DNA of 64,000 nt from Eledone cirrhosa (lineage: Eukaryota). A program made the position numbers and the translations under genes. The notes beneath the pieces were generated by a model. The model did no database searches. It was not told the DNA's origin and saw only the letters and a list, made by a program, of their open reading frames with translations. Shown here one piece after another: positions 15,125 through 28,282 of the stretch. Position 1 is the stretch's first letter. Every line of letters starts with the position of its first letter. The stretch covers positions 289,478,001 through 289,542,000 of the forward strand of contig OZ024740.1 in assembly GCA_964016885.1 (NCBI GenBank), read 5' to 3'.

Positions 15125-18100
15125 TCCTTGAATCTCAGTCATTGATGTTGGTTAACTGGAAAGTCCGTTGGATTGAATATCAAGCCACTACCTGCAGCCT
15201 CAGATATTCAGGACGTATCGGAGGGTTCTTGCCGTTCCAAGCAAGCATGCCTTTTGAAGCGTTCCAAAAAGCGTGAAGGGGCCGATTTTCTTTAACCATC
15301 CCTGGAAACCTTTGGAGATAGTCCCCAGTGCGCCTATGACAATCGGGATCACTTTGACTTCATGGCAGTTCCAAATCCTTTTCACCTCCCACTTTAGGTC
15401 CTGGTATCGGTTAATTTTCTCCCTCTCCTTCTCTTGCACTCTCGTGTCGAACGGGCAGGCCACATCCACAATCAGGCACGATCTTTTTTCTTTGTCCACA
15501 ACCACCAGGTCAGGTCTATTGTGTTCCAGTTTTTTGTCCGTCTGTATCCTAAAATCCCACAGCACCTTCACCTGACTGTTCTCCATCACCGCCTCTGGCC
15601 TATGCTCATACCATTTCTCAGAATGTGGTAGATTGTTTACTTTGCACAGGTGCCAGTGGATCACCCTGCCCATCACATCGTGTCTCCAGCCCTTATAGTG
15701 GGTCTGGGCTAGGTGTTTACACTCGGACACAATGTGAGCCACAGTCTCCTCTCTCTCTCCACAGATCCTGCACAGTGGGCTAGCCTCCTCCTTGTAGATA
15801 TGGTGCTTCAACCACTTCGTTTTGAGGGCCTGCTCCTGCGCAGCCATTAGCATTCCTTCTGTAGCCTTTTTGAGGTCTCCTCTTCTCAACCAGTTCCATG
15901 TCTGTGGATCTCTAAATTCAGTTTTCTCAAAGAAGGTACTATGAAGGGATTTTCCCTTAAGGCTGCTCTTCCTCCTTGATGTTATTTCCTCCTTGGGTAT
16001 CCCCTGGCCTACTGTCCCCTCCTTCAGTACAGCTCTGAGCATTGGCTCCTTACTATAGGTCACGTATTTGTATAGGTTGTTTTTCTCCATCTGAACACAG
16101 TCCTCTATGCTGATAAGACCTCTTCCACCCTCAGATCTCCTTAGGTAGAGTCTATCGACATCACTCCTCTTGTGGAACATGTTGTAGATAGTCAATAGCT
16201 TCCTAGTCTTCCTATCCATTTCTTTTTGTTCAGCAACATTCCATCTCAGAATTCCCGCACTGTACCTAATAATAGACACAGCTCGGGAATTTACTGCGCT
16301 TATGGCATTTCTGCTGTTCAGATGTGACTTCAATACGCTCCTTACTCTCCGAATGTATTCAGTTCTTAACAATTCCTTCATTTTTTTGTTCTTTATGCCA
16401 TCAGCCTCCAGAACGCCCAAATACTTGTATCCTTCCTCAGAGTCAATTTCCTTTATCATCTCACCTGTTGGTATCTGGATCCCGTTACTTCTGCTCAACC
16501 TACCCCTCCTCATCACAATGACTCCACATTTACCAATACCAAACTGCATACATATATCACTGCTGAAAATACGGACAGTGTCAACAAGCACATCCAACTC
16601 CTTCTCACTTTTCCCGAAGAGCTTAAGATCGTCCATGAAGAGGAGGTGATTGATGGTAAGCTCTCCCCTTCCCAACTTGTATCCTGCTCTCACTTTTCGC
16701 AGCATAATGGTCAAGGGCATCAGGGCAAGGACAAACAACAGAGGGGACAGGCTATCTCCCTGGAAGATACCTCTCTTGATCTTCACGCTTCCCAAGGATA
16801 CTCCAGTTGATGTCAACTCTGTCTCCCAGGACCCCATACTCCTGCCCAGCAACTGTCTGATGTTATCTGCCACCCTGAAGATCTCCAGGCTTTTGGTGAT
16901 CCAGGAATGAGGCACCATGTCAAATGCCTTTCTGTAGTCTATCCATCCCATGGCAAGATCAGTGTGTCTCCTCCTGCAATTCCCCATTACCATCTTATCA
17001 ATAAGCAACTGGTCCTTTGTACCACGTGACTTCTTTCGGCATCCTTTCTGTTCGTCCGGCAACAAGTTGTTTGTGTGGAGGTGATGGTAGATTTCCTCAG
17101 ACACAATGCTCGTCAACAGTTTCCACATTACGGGCAGACATGTGATAGGTCTATAGTTGGTAACATCATTACCCTTGATTCGGTCTTTCATTATCAGAAC
17201 TGTGGTACCTTTTGTCAACCACTCTGGCACCTCACCCGAAACCAAGCAGTCATTGAACATGGCCGTCAGCTTCGGGTGGAGGGATGTTAAATGTTTAATC
17301 CAATACCCCTGCACACCATCTGGGCCTGGTGATTTCCAGTTGGTTAGTTTTTTGGCTTGCCCCTTAAGAGTTTCAACTGTGATACTCAAATCAGTCTGTT
17401 GCTGTGCCTGCTCACCGATCTCCCTCTGTACTGTCTCAATCCACCCTGCCTGGGCATTGTGTCTAACATCCTGCTCCCATATTCCTCTCCAGAATGTTTT
17501 AGCTTGTTCCGCCCCAGGGATCAAGTCGGTGCTTCTTTCTTTCCCCTCAAGCTGTCCAAACAGCATCTTCTGGTTGTTGTCGAACATGCGGTTCTGTTTA
17601 TACTGACTGATTCTGTTCTCGTATCGCCTGATTTTGGCACTCTTTGCTACAATGCGTTGCTTCAATTCCTCTATGATAATATTTAGCTTTTTACTCCTAG
17701 TTTTGTATTTTATTTCCAGTCTATTTTTAGTGCCTATGTTTTTTAGTGTCCCATTCAGTAGTGACTCAAGCTTTCCTATGTCATTTCTCATTTCCCCGAT
17801 TTGCCCACTCAGTCGCTTCTTCCACCACGGCTCTGCTCTTTCTTGTCTGTTGTTTCCTCTCGCTTTTATACCAAGTAGTTTCCTCACCGTATTTGCTGTT
17901 GCTTTGAGGATATTGTTGCACTGGTGAAGACTCCTCGCCTCAAGGTATGGGATGACTTTGTTTACCTTAGCTGTTGTTTCTTTTAACTTTTTCCTGTCTA
18001 CAAATCTTAGGTTCATAGGTCTCCCACTATCATTGTTCAACTCATCTACCACTAAATTTAGGATGTCAACCGAATCTTGTCCTAGCCCGTCAGCATTCAT

Positions 18101-18735
18101 CTCCTCAGTGGCCGTATCTCTGTTCCAGGTATTATTTATCTCAGTATTCAGATCATTGTCTGCTTCGGGTGGTTCCTCCGCTCTCAGGACCTCCTCACCT
18201 TCATTTCCCGCCGGCTCGCTTGTCTGGCATACTACACCCGCCATCTCCAAGCCATTCTCTCTGCTCAGTTCCTCCAGTTCCAGCTCGCTTATCCACCCAT
18301 TAGTTCTTATTACCCGAGCCTGCCCGGCCAATTTTTGTTCATCTAATTTAAATAAACCAATCTCGTTCCAGATGTTATGCATCCGTCTCCTGTAGCCCCT
18401 CTCCTTGGGGTTACTTTTCAGGTAGCATTGCATAACAGTTCTATTCAATTCTTTCGTCCAGTTGGTTCTGGCCCCTTTCCTTCTTCTTCTTCCTCCAACA
18501 TCAGCAGTATTTCGTTGACAGTCAGGTTCCTGCTGCTGAGCCAGGGGGCACCTGTTGGGTGAGAGTCTGTCACATGACGTTCTAGTCTCCATTTCACCGT
18601 TATTCGAACTGTTTATGTTCGATATTTAAACACTCTTATCGAGGATTGGCGAATGTATGTTTACATAGCCATCTGTGGATCCGCCATCCCACTTGGCCCT
18701 TGTGTGGCATTATCACCACGCTGTATACGGACACA
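15125..18735 (-). mobile_element. R4/Dong-clade site-specific non-LTR retrotransposon, apparently full length
   Basis: Single ORF, ~75-nt 3' UTR running into (TAA)n on the minus strand; 5' boundary approximate. Confidence 0.88.
15200..18592 (-). CDS. RT + restriction-like endonuclease polyprotein (1130 aa, uninterrupted)
   Basis: WTKELNRTVMQCY N-terminus; KSPGPDG, YRPITCL, DYRKAFD, QGDSLSP, FMDD RT motifs; CRIC...H...C knuckle, RHD, RPDLVV..D, K..Y..L RLE motifs. Confidence 0.95.
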   Translation of the reverse strand: METRTSCDRLSPNRCPLAQQQEPDCQRNTADVGGRRRRKGARTNWTKELNRTVMQCYLKSNPKERGYRRRMHNIWNEIGLFKLDEQKLAGQARVIRTNGWISELELEELSRENGLEMAGVVCQTSEPAGNEGEEVLRAEEPPEADNDLNTEINNTWNRDTATEEMNADGLGQDSVDILNLVVDELNNDSGRPMNLRFVDRKKLKETTAKVNKVIPYLEARSLHQCNNILKATANTVRKLLGIKARGNNRQERAEPWWKKRLSGQIGEMRNDIGKLESLLNGTLKNIGTKNRLEIKYKTRSKKLNIIIEELKQRIVAKSAKIRRYENRISQYKQNRMFDNNQKMLFGQLEGKERSTDLIPGAEQAKTFWRGIWEQDVRHNAQAGWIETVQREIGEQAQQQTDLSITVETLKGQAKKLTNWKSPGPDGVQGYWIKHLTSLHPKLTAMFNDCLVSGEVPEWLTKGTTVLIMKDRIKGNDVTNYRPITCLPVMWKLLTSIVSEEIYHHLHTNNLLPDEQKGCRKKSRGTKDQLLIDKMVMGNCRRRHTDLAMGWIDYRKAFDMVPHSWITKSLEIFRVADNIRQLLGRSMGSWETELTSTGVSLGSVKIKRGIFQGDSLSPLLFVLALMPLTIMLRKVRAGYKLGRGELTINHLLFMDDLKLFGKSEKELDVLVDTVRIFSSDICMQFGIGKCGVIVMRRGRLSRSNGIQIPTGEMIKEIDSEEGYKYLGVLEADGIKNKKMKELLRTEYIRRVRSVLKSHLNSRNAISAVNSRAVSIIRYSAGILRWNVAEQKEMDRKTRKLLTIYNMFHKRSDVDRLYLRRSEGGRGLISIEDCVQMEKNNLYKYVTYSKEPMLRAVLKEGTVGQGIPKEEITSRRKSSLKGKSLHSTFFEKTEFRDPQTWNWLRRGDLKKATEGMLMAAQEQALKTKWLKHHIYKEEASPLCRICGEREETVAHIVSECKHLAQTHYKGWRHDVMGRVIHWHLCKVNNLPHSEKWYEHRPEAVMENSQVKVLWDFRIQTDKKLEHNRPDLVVVDKEKRSCLIVDVACPFDTRVQEKEREKINRYQDLKWEVKRIWNCHEVKVIPIVIGALGTISKGFQGWLKKIGPFTLFGTLQKACLLGTARTLRYVLNI

Positions 18736-19161
18736 CATAAACAAACAAATACACGGGCAGAAAGGGCCCCAAAAATGAATAAGCATAAGTTTCATTGTAA
18801 TGTAGTATTCGAATGTCTGACTTAGTTTTTGTTTTTTAAGTTTTACTTTTTCCCCCCTCTTCTCTGTCCGTCCGCCTGCTTCTCTCTTCATTCTTATTTT
18901 CTTTACGTTTTTGGGGTTTCTTTTTTTGTTTTTGTTTTTCTCTGTTTTTCTCGTTTTTTACTGTTGTTGCTGTGCTGCTTTTGTTGTTTGTTTTTTCTTT
19001 TTTCTTTTGAGTCTATCTATATATTTTGATGCCTTCCTCTTTGTTGGTAGTAGGAATTCTATAATGTGGAAGTGGTAGCCAGCAGAGACTAGCGGCGTTG
19101 GCGATACTGAGACAGTGGTGGCGGTGATGTCGATACCGAGGCAGTGGTGGCGGTGATGCGA

Positions 19162-19815
19162 CCGTATTACTGTAGTGATGGTGCTGTAGCGGTGGCAGCA
19201 GCAGTGAAGGAGTCAGGGGGTGGTGGCGGCGGTGATGGGATAGTGGTGGTAATGATGGCCGTAGTGAGCGGTGGCGGTGAAGGTGAAAATGCTGTTGTGT
19301 TTAGTGTACACAGATGATGGGGTGGGTGGTGTATCTAGTTTCTGGTGTTGGTGAGTTTCGCTGTCCTATATAGTGTAGCCAGAGGAGAGGAGGGGGGGGG
19401 GTTCTTCTTCTTCCATTTATAGCCATTTTATTTATTTTTTTTTTTTTTTGGATATACAGTGTACAATACAAAGTTGAATATTTGAATATTTGAGCCGTAT
19501 TACTGTAGTGATGGTGCTGTAGCGGTGGCAGCAGCAGTGAAGGAGTCAAGGGGTGGTGGCGGCGGTGATGGGATAGTGGTGGTAATGATGGCCGTAGTGA
19601 GCGGTGGCGGTGAAGGTGAAAATGCTGTTGTGTTTAGTGTACACAGATGATGGGGTGGGCGGTGTATCTAGTTTCTGGTGTTGGTGAGTTTAGCTGTCCT
19701 ATATAGTGTAGCCAGAGGAGAGGAGGGGGGGGGGGTTCTTCTTCTTCCATTTATAGCCATTTTTTTTTGGATATACAGTGTACAATACAAAGTTGAATAT
19801 TTGAATATTTGAGCC
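19162..19815. repeat. Tandem duplication of ~330 bp within a probable retrotransposon 5' fragment
   Basis: CCGTATTACTGTAGTGATGGTGCTG starts at 19162 and at 19496; units nearly identical. Confidence 0.85.
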
Positions 19816-19980
19816 TTATAACAATATATTTTGGGTCCGAATTTTTTGGGGCTCAAGCCGGGTGCTTTACGTAGCATTTGTACTAAGAGTTGTTATTTCA
19901 CAAATGATTTAAATATGTTAAAAATTCAAAACTTACGGGAGCGATTTCATGACCTCCGTCACCTCGTATTATTATTATTA

Positions 19981-20038
<58 letters not shown>

Positions 20039-20339
20039 CATTATTGTTATTACTCTTTGAGTCTCAGTCATTGATGTTAGTTAACTGGAAAGTTTGTTGA
20101 AATGAATATGTTATCAACTTGGTCTTGAAGCGAAGTAAGTAAAAAAAAAACTTGCCATCTGCACAATGACAAAAACATTGTCAGGTTTCACAGTCTCGAA
20201 AAGCAATTAAGAGAGTTACAGTATAATGACTGAAAATAGTGTTGGGTCAGTGTTATACATACAAAGATACATGATATGATGGCTGCCCCCTCGTTATCGA
20301 GTATGGCCATTGCTCGATAAAAAAACAAGCAAAAAGTAA

Positions 20340-21075
20340 ATGAAAGGAATGTTAATGGCTGCGCAAGAGCAGGCCCTCAAAACGAAGTGGTTGAAACACC
20401 ATATTTACAAGGAGGAGGCTAGCCCACTGTGCAGGATCTGTGGAGAGAGAGAGGAGACTGTGGCTCACATTGTATCCGAGTGTAAACACCTAGCCCAGAC
20501 TCACTATAAGGGCTGGAGACATGATGTGATGGCCAGGGTGATCCATTGGCACCTATGCAAAGTAAACAATTTACCACATTCTGAGAAGTGGTATGAGCAT
20601 AAGCCAGAGGCGGTGATAGAAAACGATCAGGTGAAGGTGCTATGGGATTTTAGGATACAGACGGACAAGAAACTGGAACACAATAGACCTGACCTGGTGG
20701 TTTTGGATAAAGAAAAAAGATCGTGCCTGATTGTGGATGTGGCCTGCCCATTCGACACGAGAGTGCAAGAGAAGGAGAGGGAGAAAATTAACCGATACCA
20801 GGACTTAAAGTGGGAGGTAAAAAGGATTTGGAACTGCCATGAAGTCAAAGTGATCCCGATTGTCATAGGCGCACTAGGGACTATCTCAAAAAGTTTCCAG
20901 GGATGGTTAAAGAAAATTGGCCCCTTCACGCTATTTGGAACGCTTCAAAAGGCATGCTTGCTGGGAACAGCAAGAACCCTCCGATACGTCCTGAATATCT
21001 GAGGCTGCAGGTAGTGGCTTGATATTCATTCCAACGGACTTTCCAGTTAACTAACATCAATGACTGAGATTCAAG

Positions 21076-21110
<35 letters not shown>
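20340..21110 (+). mobile_element. 3' fragment of the R4/Dong element (RLE domain + 3' UTR + (TAA)n tail)
   Basis: 220-aa ORF nearly identical to the C-terminus of the 15200..18592 protein; same 3' UTR. Confidence 0.92.
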
Positions 21111-21112
<2 letters not shown>

Positions 21113-21292
21113 TGTTTCTACTTTAGGCACAAGGCCAGCAATTATCCAGTGCATTACTGGTACTTTATTTTATCGACCCCGTAAGGATGAAAGGCAAAGT
21201 CAACCTCGGCGGGATTTGAACTCAGATCATAAAGGGACGTAACTATGCTTGAAAGCATGGCGTCCGACCCTCTACCGATACTGCCAATCCAC
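21110..21292 (-). mobile_element. tRNA-derived SINE
   Basis: Same core as 10876-11061; shares the (TAA)n tract. Confidence 0.9.
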
Positions 21293-21296
21293 ATAA

Positions 21297-23430
21297 TAAT
21301 CATATGGTTGCAAAGATCAACTTTTGATTAATCGTATGATCCTTGAGAACTGTCATAATAAACACAGAAATCTCAGTTCTGCATGGATCGATTATAAAAA
21401 AGCCTTTGACAGCATACCACACTCATGGATTCTGAAATCACTGGACATCTTCAAAATCTCACCTGTGATCTCAAACTTCCTGAAACACAATATGTCATTA
21501 TGGAACACAAATCTCCAATTGTCTCATTCCACTGGGGTACTGTGCTCTAGGAATATAAACATCAACTGTGGTATATTCCAGGGTGACTCACTTTCACCCT
21601 TGCTTTTCTGCATAGCTTTAATACCCCTTACATCCGAATTTAATAGAACAGGGTACGGTTATAGAATTGACAACAAAAAAAATAAGCCACCTATTTTATA
21701 TGGATGATTTGAAGCTATATTGTAAAGATAATGACGACTGGAAGGCTTTTGCGGACAGTAAACACGTTTAGCGATGACATCAGGATGGAGTTTGGACTTG
21801 ACAAGTGTGCAAAAGCCACTTTCAAGAAGGGGAAGCTTGTCAACTCAGACTCAGTTGAATTGGATGCTGAAACAATCATAAAGGAACTTGAGCAGGAACA
21901 AACCTATAAATACTTAGGGATTAATGAGGGCTCTGGCATACAGCATGCAAGTATGAAAGAGAGGATAAGGAAAGAATGTTACAGGAGAGTGCGTGCAGTT
22001 TTGAGATCAGAACTAAACGCTCGTAACAAGGTGCTAGCCATAAATTCCTTGGCACTCCCAGTTGTCACTTATAGCTTCGGTGTGTTGAACTGGAATATGA
22101 GTGAAATCAAAAGAATCGACACCAAAGTCCGTAAGCTACTGACCTGTAATAGGGTGCACCACCCAAAAGCAGATGTGGATCATCTTTACCTTCCTAGAAC
22201 TCAAGGAGGCCGTGGCCTGATCCAATTTGAACTTACTTACAAGACCACCATCATATGGCCAAATACCTTGAAACAACTAACGACTGTATGCTGAAACTTG
22301 TTGAAAAGCATGAGAGAAGTAAGAAGCTTCATTCTATCTTGAAGGAGAGCAAAAAATATACTACTGATCTCATACTTGATACTCAGACTGGACAGACTAA
22401 AGAAACTGTTACAACTGATGCTGCTAGGCACATAAAATCACTGGCAAAAGCAAAAGTGCAAGGACATTTAGCATCAAAGTGGGAGCAGAAACCTCTGCAT
22501 GGCAAATATGTGGCCCGTAGCAAACAAAAGCACATTCATCAGTGGCTACGTAGTTCAGGGCTAAAGGCGGAGAGTGAAGGCTTCATCTTAGCTGCCCAAG
22601 ATCAAAGCTTATTGACTCGTAATTACCAGGCCGATGTGATGAGAAACGGAATAAACCCAAAGTGCCGATTCTGCAATGCTGAGGTTGAAACAGTAGTCTC
22701 GGGATGTAAAGATTTAGCACCAGTAGAATACAAATATAAACATGACAGAGTTGGCCAATATCTACACTGGGTAATATGTCGGCATTACAAAATCAAAGTT
22801 GAAGACAAGTGGTATAATCATCACCCTGAGACTGTAACTGAAGGAGAAAAAGTAACAATTCCCTGGGACTTTCCCGTATATACTGACAGGACCATAAAAG
22901 CAAATAGACCTGACATCATTGTAAAAGATCAACATAACAAGGTCTGTTTATTGATAGATATGAGCATCCCATGTGATCACAATATCGCGGCAAAAGAATT
23001 TGACAAGCTACGAAAATATAAAGATCTGCTTATTGAAATTGAGAAAATGTGGCACCTCAAGGCCGTTACAATACCAGTGATTGTGGGAGGACTGGGAATG
23101 ATCAAGAAAGGAACAGAACAATATTTGCGAATGATTCCTGGTTTACCCACTCTGCACGAGGTGCAAAAAATTGTTTTGACTGGTACTGCACACGTATTGA
23201 GAAGAGCACTATCTCTGTAAAATTGATATCCCTCCTTGTATTTACATATGCATATGCACATGTGTATATATGTATACTGTTTTTTTAAAAATTATAATCA
23301 ATGTGCTGTATTAACTGTATTAACTGGCTTACCAATGCACACTGTGAATTTATTCGCCCTAGGTGTCAGGAAGATACTCGGCATATATCTCAGAAACAAT
23401 AATGAAAGAAAATAAAAATGATAATAATAA
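21297..23430 (+). mobile_element. Second R4/Dong-type family, 5'-truncated and frameshifted
   Basis: DYKKAFD, FQGDSLSP, YMDD, CRFC, RPDIIV, KLRKYKDL across ORFs 21324, 21731 and 22255; (TAA)n tail. Confidence 0.9.
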
Positions 23431-23619
23431 TTGTTTCTACTTTTGGCACAAGGCCACAATTACTCAGTGTATTACTGGTACTTTATTTTATCGACCCCGT
23501 AAGGATGAAAGGCAAAGTTAACCTCGGCGGGATTAACTTTGCCTTTCATCCTTATGGGGTCGATAAAATAAAGTACCAGTACTTTAAAATGATAATAATA
23601 ATAATAATAATTATATATA

Positions 23620-23686
<67 letters not shown>

Positions 23687-23832
23687 TTCATAACTTTGAT
23701 TGGCTATGGGCCATGTCTAATATATGCATAACCTTATTTATATACAAATATAATAACCCCCCCCCCATATATATATATATATAAATCACATAAGAAACGG
23801 ATAATCAGTGGTGCGACGAATTAAAATCTATT

Positions 23833-23929
23833 AGACATATTACAATCGTTTCTCTGGAGCCCAGCTCGAAGCACAATCGATGCGATGATCGAACCTGACT
23901 CCGAAATCGCAAGATCCTCAGATACGTCT
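23833..23929 (-). ncRNA. Type I hammerhead ribozyme, expanded stem II (62 nt)
   Basis: AGACGTAT-CTGAGGA-[TCT...AGA]-GAAA-CGATTG-TA|ATATGTCT (8-bp stem I); insert between (TA)n tracts. Confidence 0.7.
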
Positions 23930-23972
23930 CGATTCTTCGAAGCAGAGTTCCCAATATATATATATATATATC

Positions 23973-24025
<53 letters not shown>

Positions 24026-24029
24026 GTGT

Positions 24030-24088
<59 letters not shown>

Positions 24089-24510
24089 TGCGTGTGTGTG
24101 TCTGTGTCCGTGTTCAAAAGCATAGGGCGTACATACACACACGCGCTCTCTCAAACACACACACACAGTTATGAATGAATGCCATGCTTTCAGACATGGT
24201 TACCGAGATACAGCAATGTGTTGACATCTGACGTAATAGACAGCACTTGCTTACTCTCCCAAAGCTCCTTTCGTGTCACTTTCTTGTCGCTATTGTGTCT
24301 GATAATGCACCTGTCACCCACTCATACTATCCGTTTCTCTTTCCTTCTCTCTTTCCCCCCTCTGTCTCACAGACACGTTCCTTCATTTCATTCTGTCTCT
24401 CCCCTCACTCTATCTCTCTTTCTATCTAACTTCCTCCCTCTCTCTTTTTATCTAACTTCCTCTCTCATTCTATCTAACTTCCTCTCTTTCTCTCTCATTC
24501 TATCTAACTT

Positions 24511-24559
<49 letters not shown>

Positions 24560-24599
24560 ATCTAACTTCCTCTCTTTCTCTCTCATTCTATCTAACTTC

Positions 24600-24641
<42 letters not shown>

Positions 24642-25464
24642 ATCTAACTTCCTCTCTTTCTCTCTCTTTCTATCCAACTCCCTCTCTCCATTCCCCCCTT
24701 TTCCCCAGCTAAACATATTAACATAAGTGATCCAATATTGGTGGGAAAAATATTTCAACCAGTTCAACTGAATTACAAAGTCGTCAGCAAGTTCAATCAT
24801 GCAACTGGTATTATTTCAGTTATTGAATGTGGGTGGCTGGGAAATCACTGTTGTGTGTGTCTGTTCATGTCTGCATTGTTTGGGTTTGCCTTGTCTTACT
24901 GGCTTCTATCATCAGAGATTTTTTTCTAAGACACTTTCCCGGCTGCCGACAAAATGGGCGTTCTAAATGACGAGATTCTGATAGCGATGGTGGCGATTAC
25001 AATAGTGATAGGGTTTATGATGATGGTGGCAGTGGTTGTGGTGGTGATTGTAGCATTAGTTACAATGGTGGCTTGGTGATGATGAATATGCTTGGTTGTT
25101 TATATTCACAAATGGAGACGAACGACATTATACTTTTAATTCCTTGTTTGAAATTGACCACGGTATTTGATTAGTATTTTATTTTATTTACCCTGGAACA
25201 ATGAAAGGCGAAGTGATCTTCGGTGGGATTTGAACTCAGAATATAGAAAAGAATGACAGAATACCACAGTGGTACTAGACCAGTTTGCTATTTACATTCA
25301 GCACACAATTCGCATAGCACAAATACATCTATTTGCATAAATACATATATTTGTAAATGTTAAAACATATTTGAATAAAATACATATTTAGTAGCTTGAA
25401 AAGATGTGATGTGATAATTGATCACATAATATACATACATGTATATATAAGCAGAAGAGATATT

Positions 25465-25770
25465 CAATTTGTTGGTAATTCAACAAATATAAATGTTTAT
25501 AACTGATTCAGAGCACTCGACAGTTTTTCTGGAGTGTAATATTCAATGATATTAAATAAATGGAAACTATATTTATAAAACCAAATTTATTCTATTATAT
25601 CCAAGGAAAACTTGAACCGTTAACGTATTTTCCTTGGTTATGTCAACATTTATAAAACACACTTCGTATTTTATATGATGAAAGCGTACCAAAGTTTTTG
25701 TACCCTTGATATATATATAATAGAATAAATATGGTTTTATAAATATAGTTTCCATTTATTTAATATCATT
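25465..25770. mobile_element. Diverged Naiad-type pLTR fragment with inverted segment
   Basis: 25465-25600 resembles 30570-30700; inverted copy at 25700-25770; hammerhead core decayed. Confidence 0.65.
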
Positions 25771-25992
25771 AAATGTATAGATATGTATGTTTCTGTACAC
25801 ACACACACTTCTCACTCTCTCTCATACACACACACTATCTCCAACTTCCTACCTATCCCCTCTCTCTCTCTCTCTATATATATATGTCCAGGGAGTGTAA
25901 CGCGAAGTTACTGTAGGTTCACCCAGGTGAGTACTAGATGTTAGGTTCACGTCAGTGGCGAGTTGTAGAACTAGACAGAGTGTAATATAATA

Positions 25993-26164
25993 ATTGTTTC
26001 TATTTTAGGTACAATACATTACTGGTACTTTATTTTATCGACCCCGTAAGGATGAAAGGCAAAGTTAACCTCGGCGGGATTTAAACTCAAATCATAAAGG
26101 GACGTAACTCTTTGCTTCAAAGTATGGTGTCCGACTCTCTACCGATACTGCCAATCCACCGCCC
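25993..26164 (-). mobile_element. tRNA-derived SINE
   Basis: Family core; flanking duplication TGTAATATAATA. Confidence 0.88.
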
Positions 26165-26613
26165 TGTAATATAATAGTGTAATATAATAATACAAGGTCG
26201 TTTTGTTAAGCCTTCATTCCGTTTATTGATTGGTGACGCGCGTTCCGCTATTGATCAGCTCAAGGTTCGATATGTATCAATCTGGCCCGATTCTGGAATC
26301 AAAATCTCGTCGGATCTCTGTGTAGTAGTGACTGTATATATATATTTATTAAAATAACAGATTAAAGTTTAAGCAAAGAATCGCTACTTTCACCCTTAAC
26401 GGGATCTTCTCATCAGATTTTATTATTTGTTTGACCTGAATAGCTTGCTCGCTTCTATGGCTTTGCGGTTAATGGTTTAACCATCGTCTCAGTGTGTTTG
26501 GCCTTTTAACGTACGTTTATTGCTCTAGTTCACTCGTTTCTATGGAGCGTTTGCCACACATCTCGGAAGCTGTTTTTCGCTAATTTCCAATAGCCAAAAT
26601 GCGATTCTTGCTA

Positions 26614-26660
<47 letters not shown>

Positions 26661-26663
26661 CAT

Positions 26664-26818
<155 letters not shown>

Positions 26819-26894
26819 TTCCTTCTATAAAATAAAAAAATATATATATATATATATACGATATTAAATAAATGGAAATTATATTTATAAAACC

Positions 26895-26970
26895 ATATTT
26901 ATTTCATTATATATATTTCAGGGATAACATATTAAAATATGTTATGCCTTCTTCAGACAAAATACAATAT
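26895..26970 (-). ncRNA. Hammerhead ribozyme in 3' pLTR
   Basis: ATATTGTATTTTGT-CTGAAGA-AGGCATAACATATT..AATATGTTATCCCT-GAAA-TATATATA|ATGAAATAAATAT. Confidence 0.75.
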
Positions 26971-27183
26971 AAACAGTCTTACAAATAAATAGATTCGACA
27001 TACCTTTCAACTTCGACTTGCATTTGAAAAGTTGATTTGGTAGTAAAGAAAGAAAGAAAGACGAAGAAAAAGAAGAAATGCATGCAACTAAATAGAGAGA
27101 GATAGAAAGATAGATAGAGAGAAGAAATTCATGTAAAGAAACAAAGAGAGATATATAGAGAGAGGAAAAAAAGGGAGATAGAT

Positions 27184-27232
<49 letters not shown>

Positions 27233-28282
27233 TATAGAGAGATAGATATAGATAGAGATAGAGAGAAAGAAAACTAGGTAGTTGAGCACCAGTTGAATGA
27301 CGTATCAATGATACATTTATTTATTTATTTATTTTTTTAGCTCTAGTATTAATGTAGAGAGAGATATATGTTGTTAGGAGAGAAAACAGCCGTTATATAG
27401 AGAGAAAAGAAAAATAACCAGACATAAACGAGGCAGATTTAAAACACTATGCTTCATCCATGTAGAAATATTAATTCGTATAAAACAGGCATTATAGTGT
27501 AAATATCAGTATTCATGAATGAGACACGTATCTATAATGTGTGAAAAAATAATGATCATATGTCTAGTTTAAAAATTCATAGGTTTATATCAGAGTTGGG
27601 ATAAAATAGAAGGTTATCCCAGATTCAATACTATAACATCCATGTGAATTTACGTGATCAGCTCTGCAAATTCCTACTTCACACGAAAGCATTCTCATTG
27701 TGCTATAAAAATTCTAGTATACATATACGTGTACATACACATATATATATATAGAGTCTATATTAATTTTAACAATACTATTCTTGTCTTTACTCTACAT
27801 GATTATCGTTCAAGCAGAAATAGAGAACAGATATCAATATATTAATAAAAATATCAGAAACAAAAAATAAATAAACAGAAAACTAAAAAAATATTAAAAA
27901 TAAAAATATTAAAAATATTAAAAATAAAACATAGTATGCCCCGCAAATCCACCACAGAGATCAACCCTTCAAAGTTAATTGACAATATATTGCCAAGTTC
28001 ATTATAAGCATCAGAATCAAAAGCAAACAAAACCAAAAATTATTTACCAAATCCTGTCTAGCAGAAAACATTCCAAAAGTTTAGGATACCCATTTGGTCT
28101 ACAGATGTTCTTATATTTAATATAGAAGTTTATCTAGTGTAACATTTATTCGATATATTTGGAGCATCAGCTTTTAGGGTAGTTTAATTATTCATGAAGA
28201 ATGTTTAAAAATAAAAAAAGAAGAAGAAATCGAAAGATTTATCGGCGAGTTTCATAAATAATTACAAATCAAACTAAATATA

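Noticed and set aside
15273-18562. Plus-strand ORFs overlapping the Dong ORF (and similar antisense ORFs over Tx1)
   Set aside because: Antisense shadows of the coding strand with no motifs
18593-18665. HDV-like ribozyme in the Dong 5' UTR (TCCTCG loop-like motif, P1/P2/P4-like pairings in nested order)
   Set aside because: No convincing P3, P1.1 or catalytic C in J4/2 by eye; needs a covariance-model search
23430-23585. Novel inverted-repeat element
   Set aside because: Two partial SINE segments in opposite orientation (5' inversion)
26370-26425. Minus-strand hammerhead
   Set aside because: Core interrupted (CTGATGAGAAGA) and stem I does not pair; probably a junction of fragments
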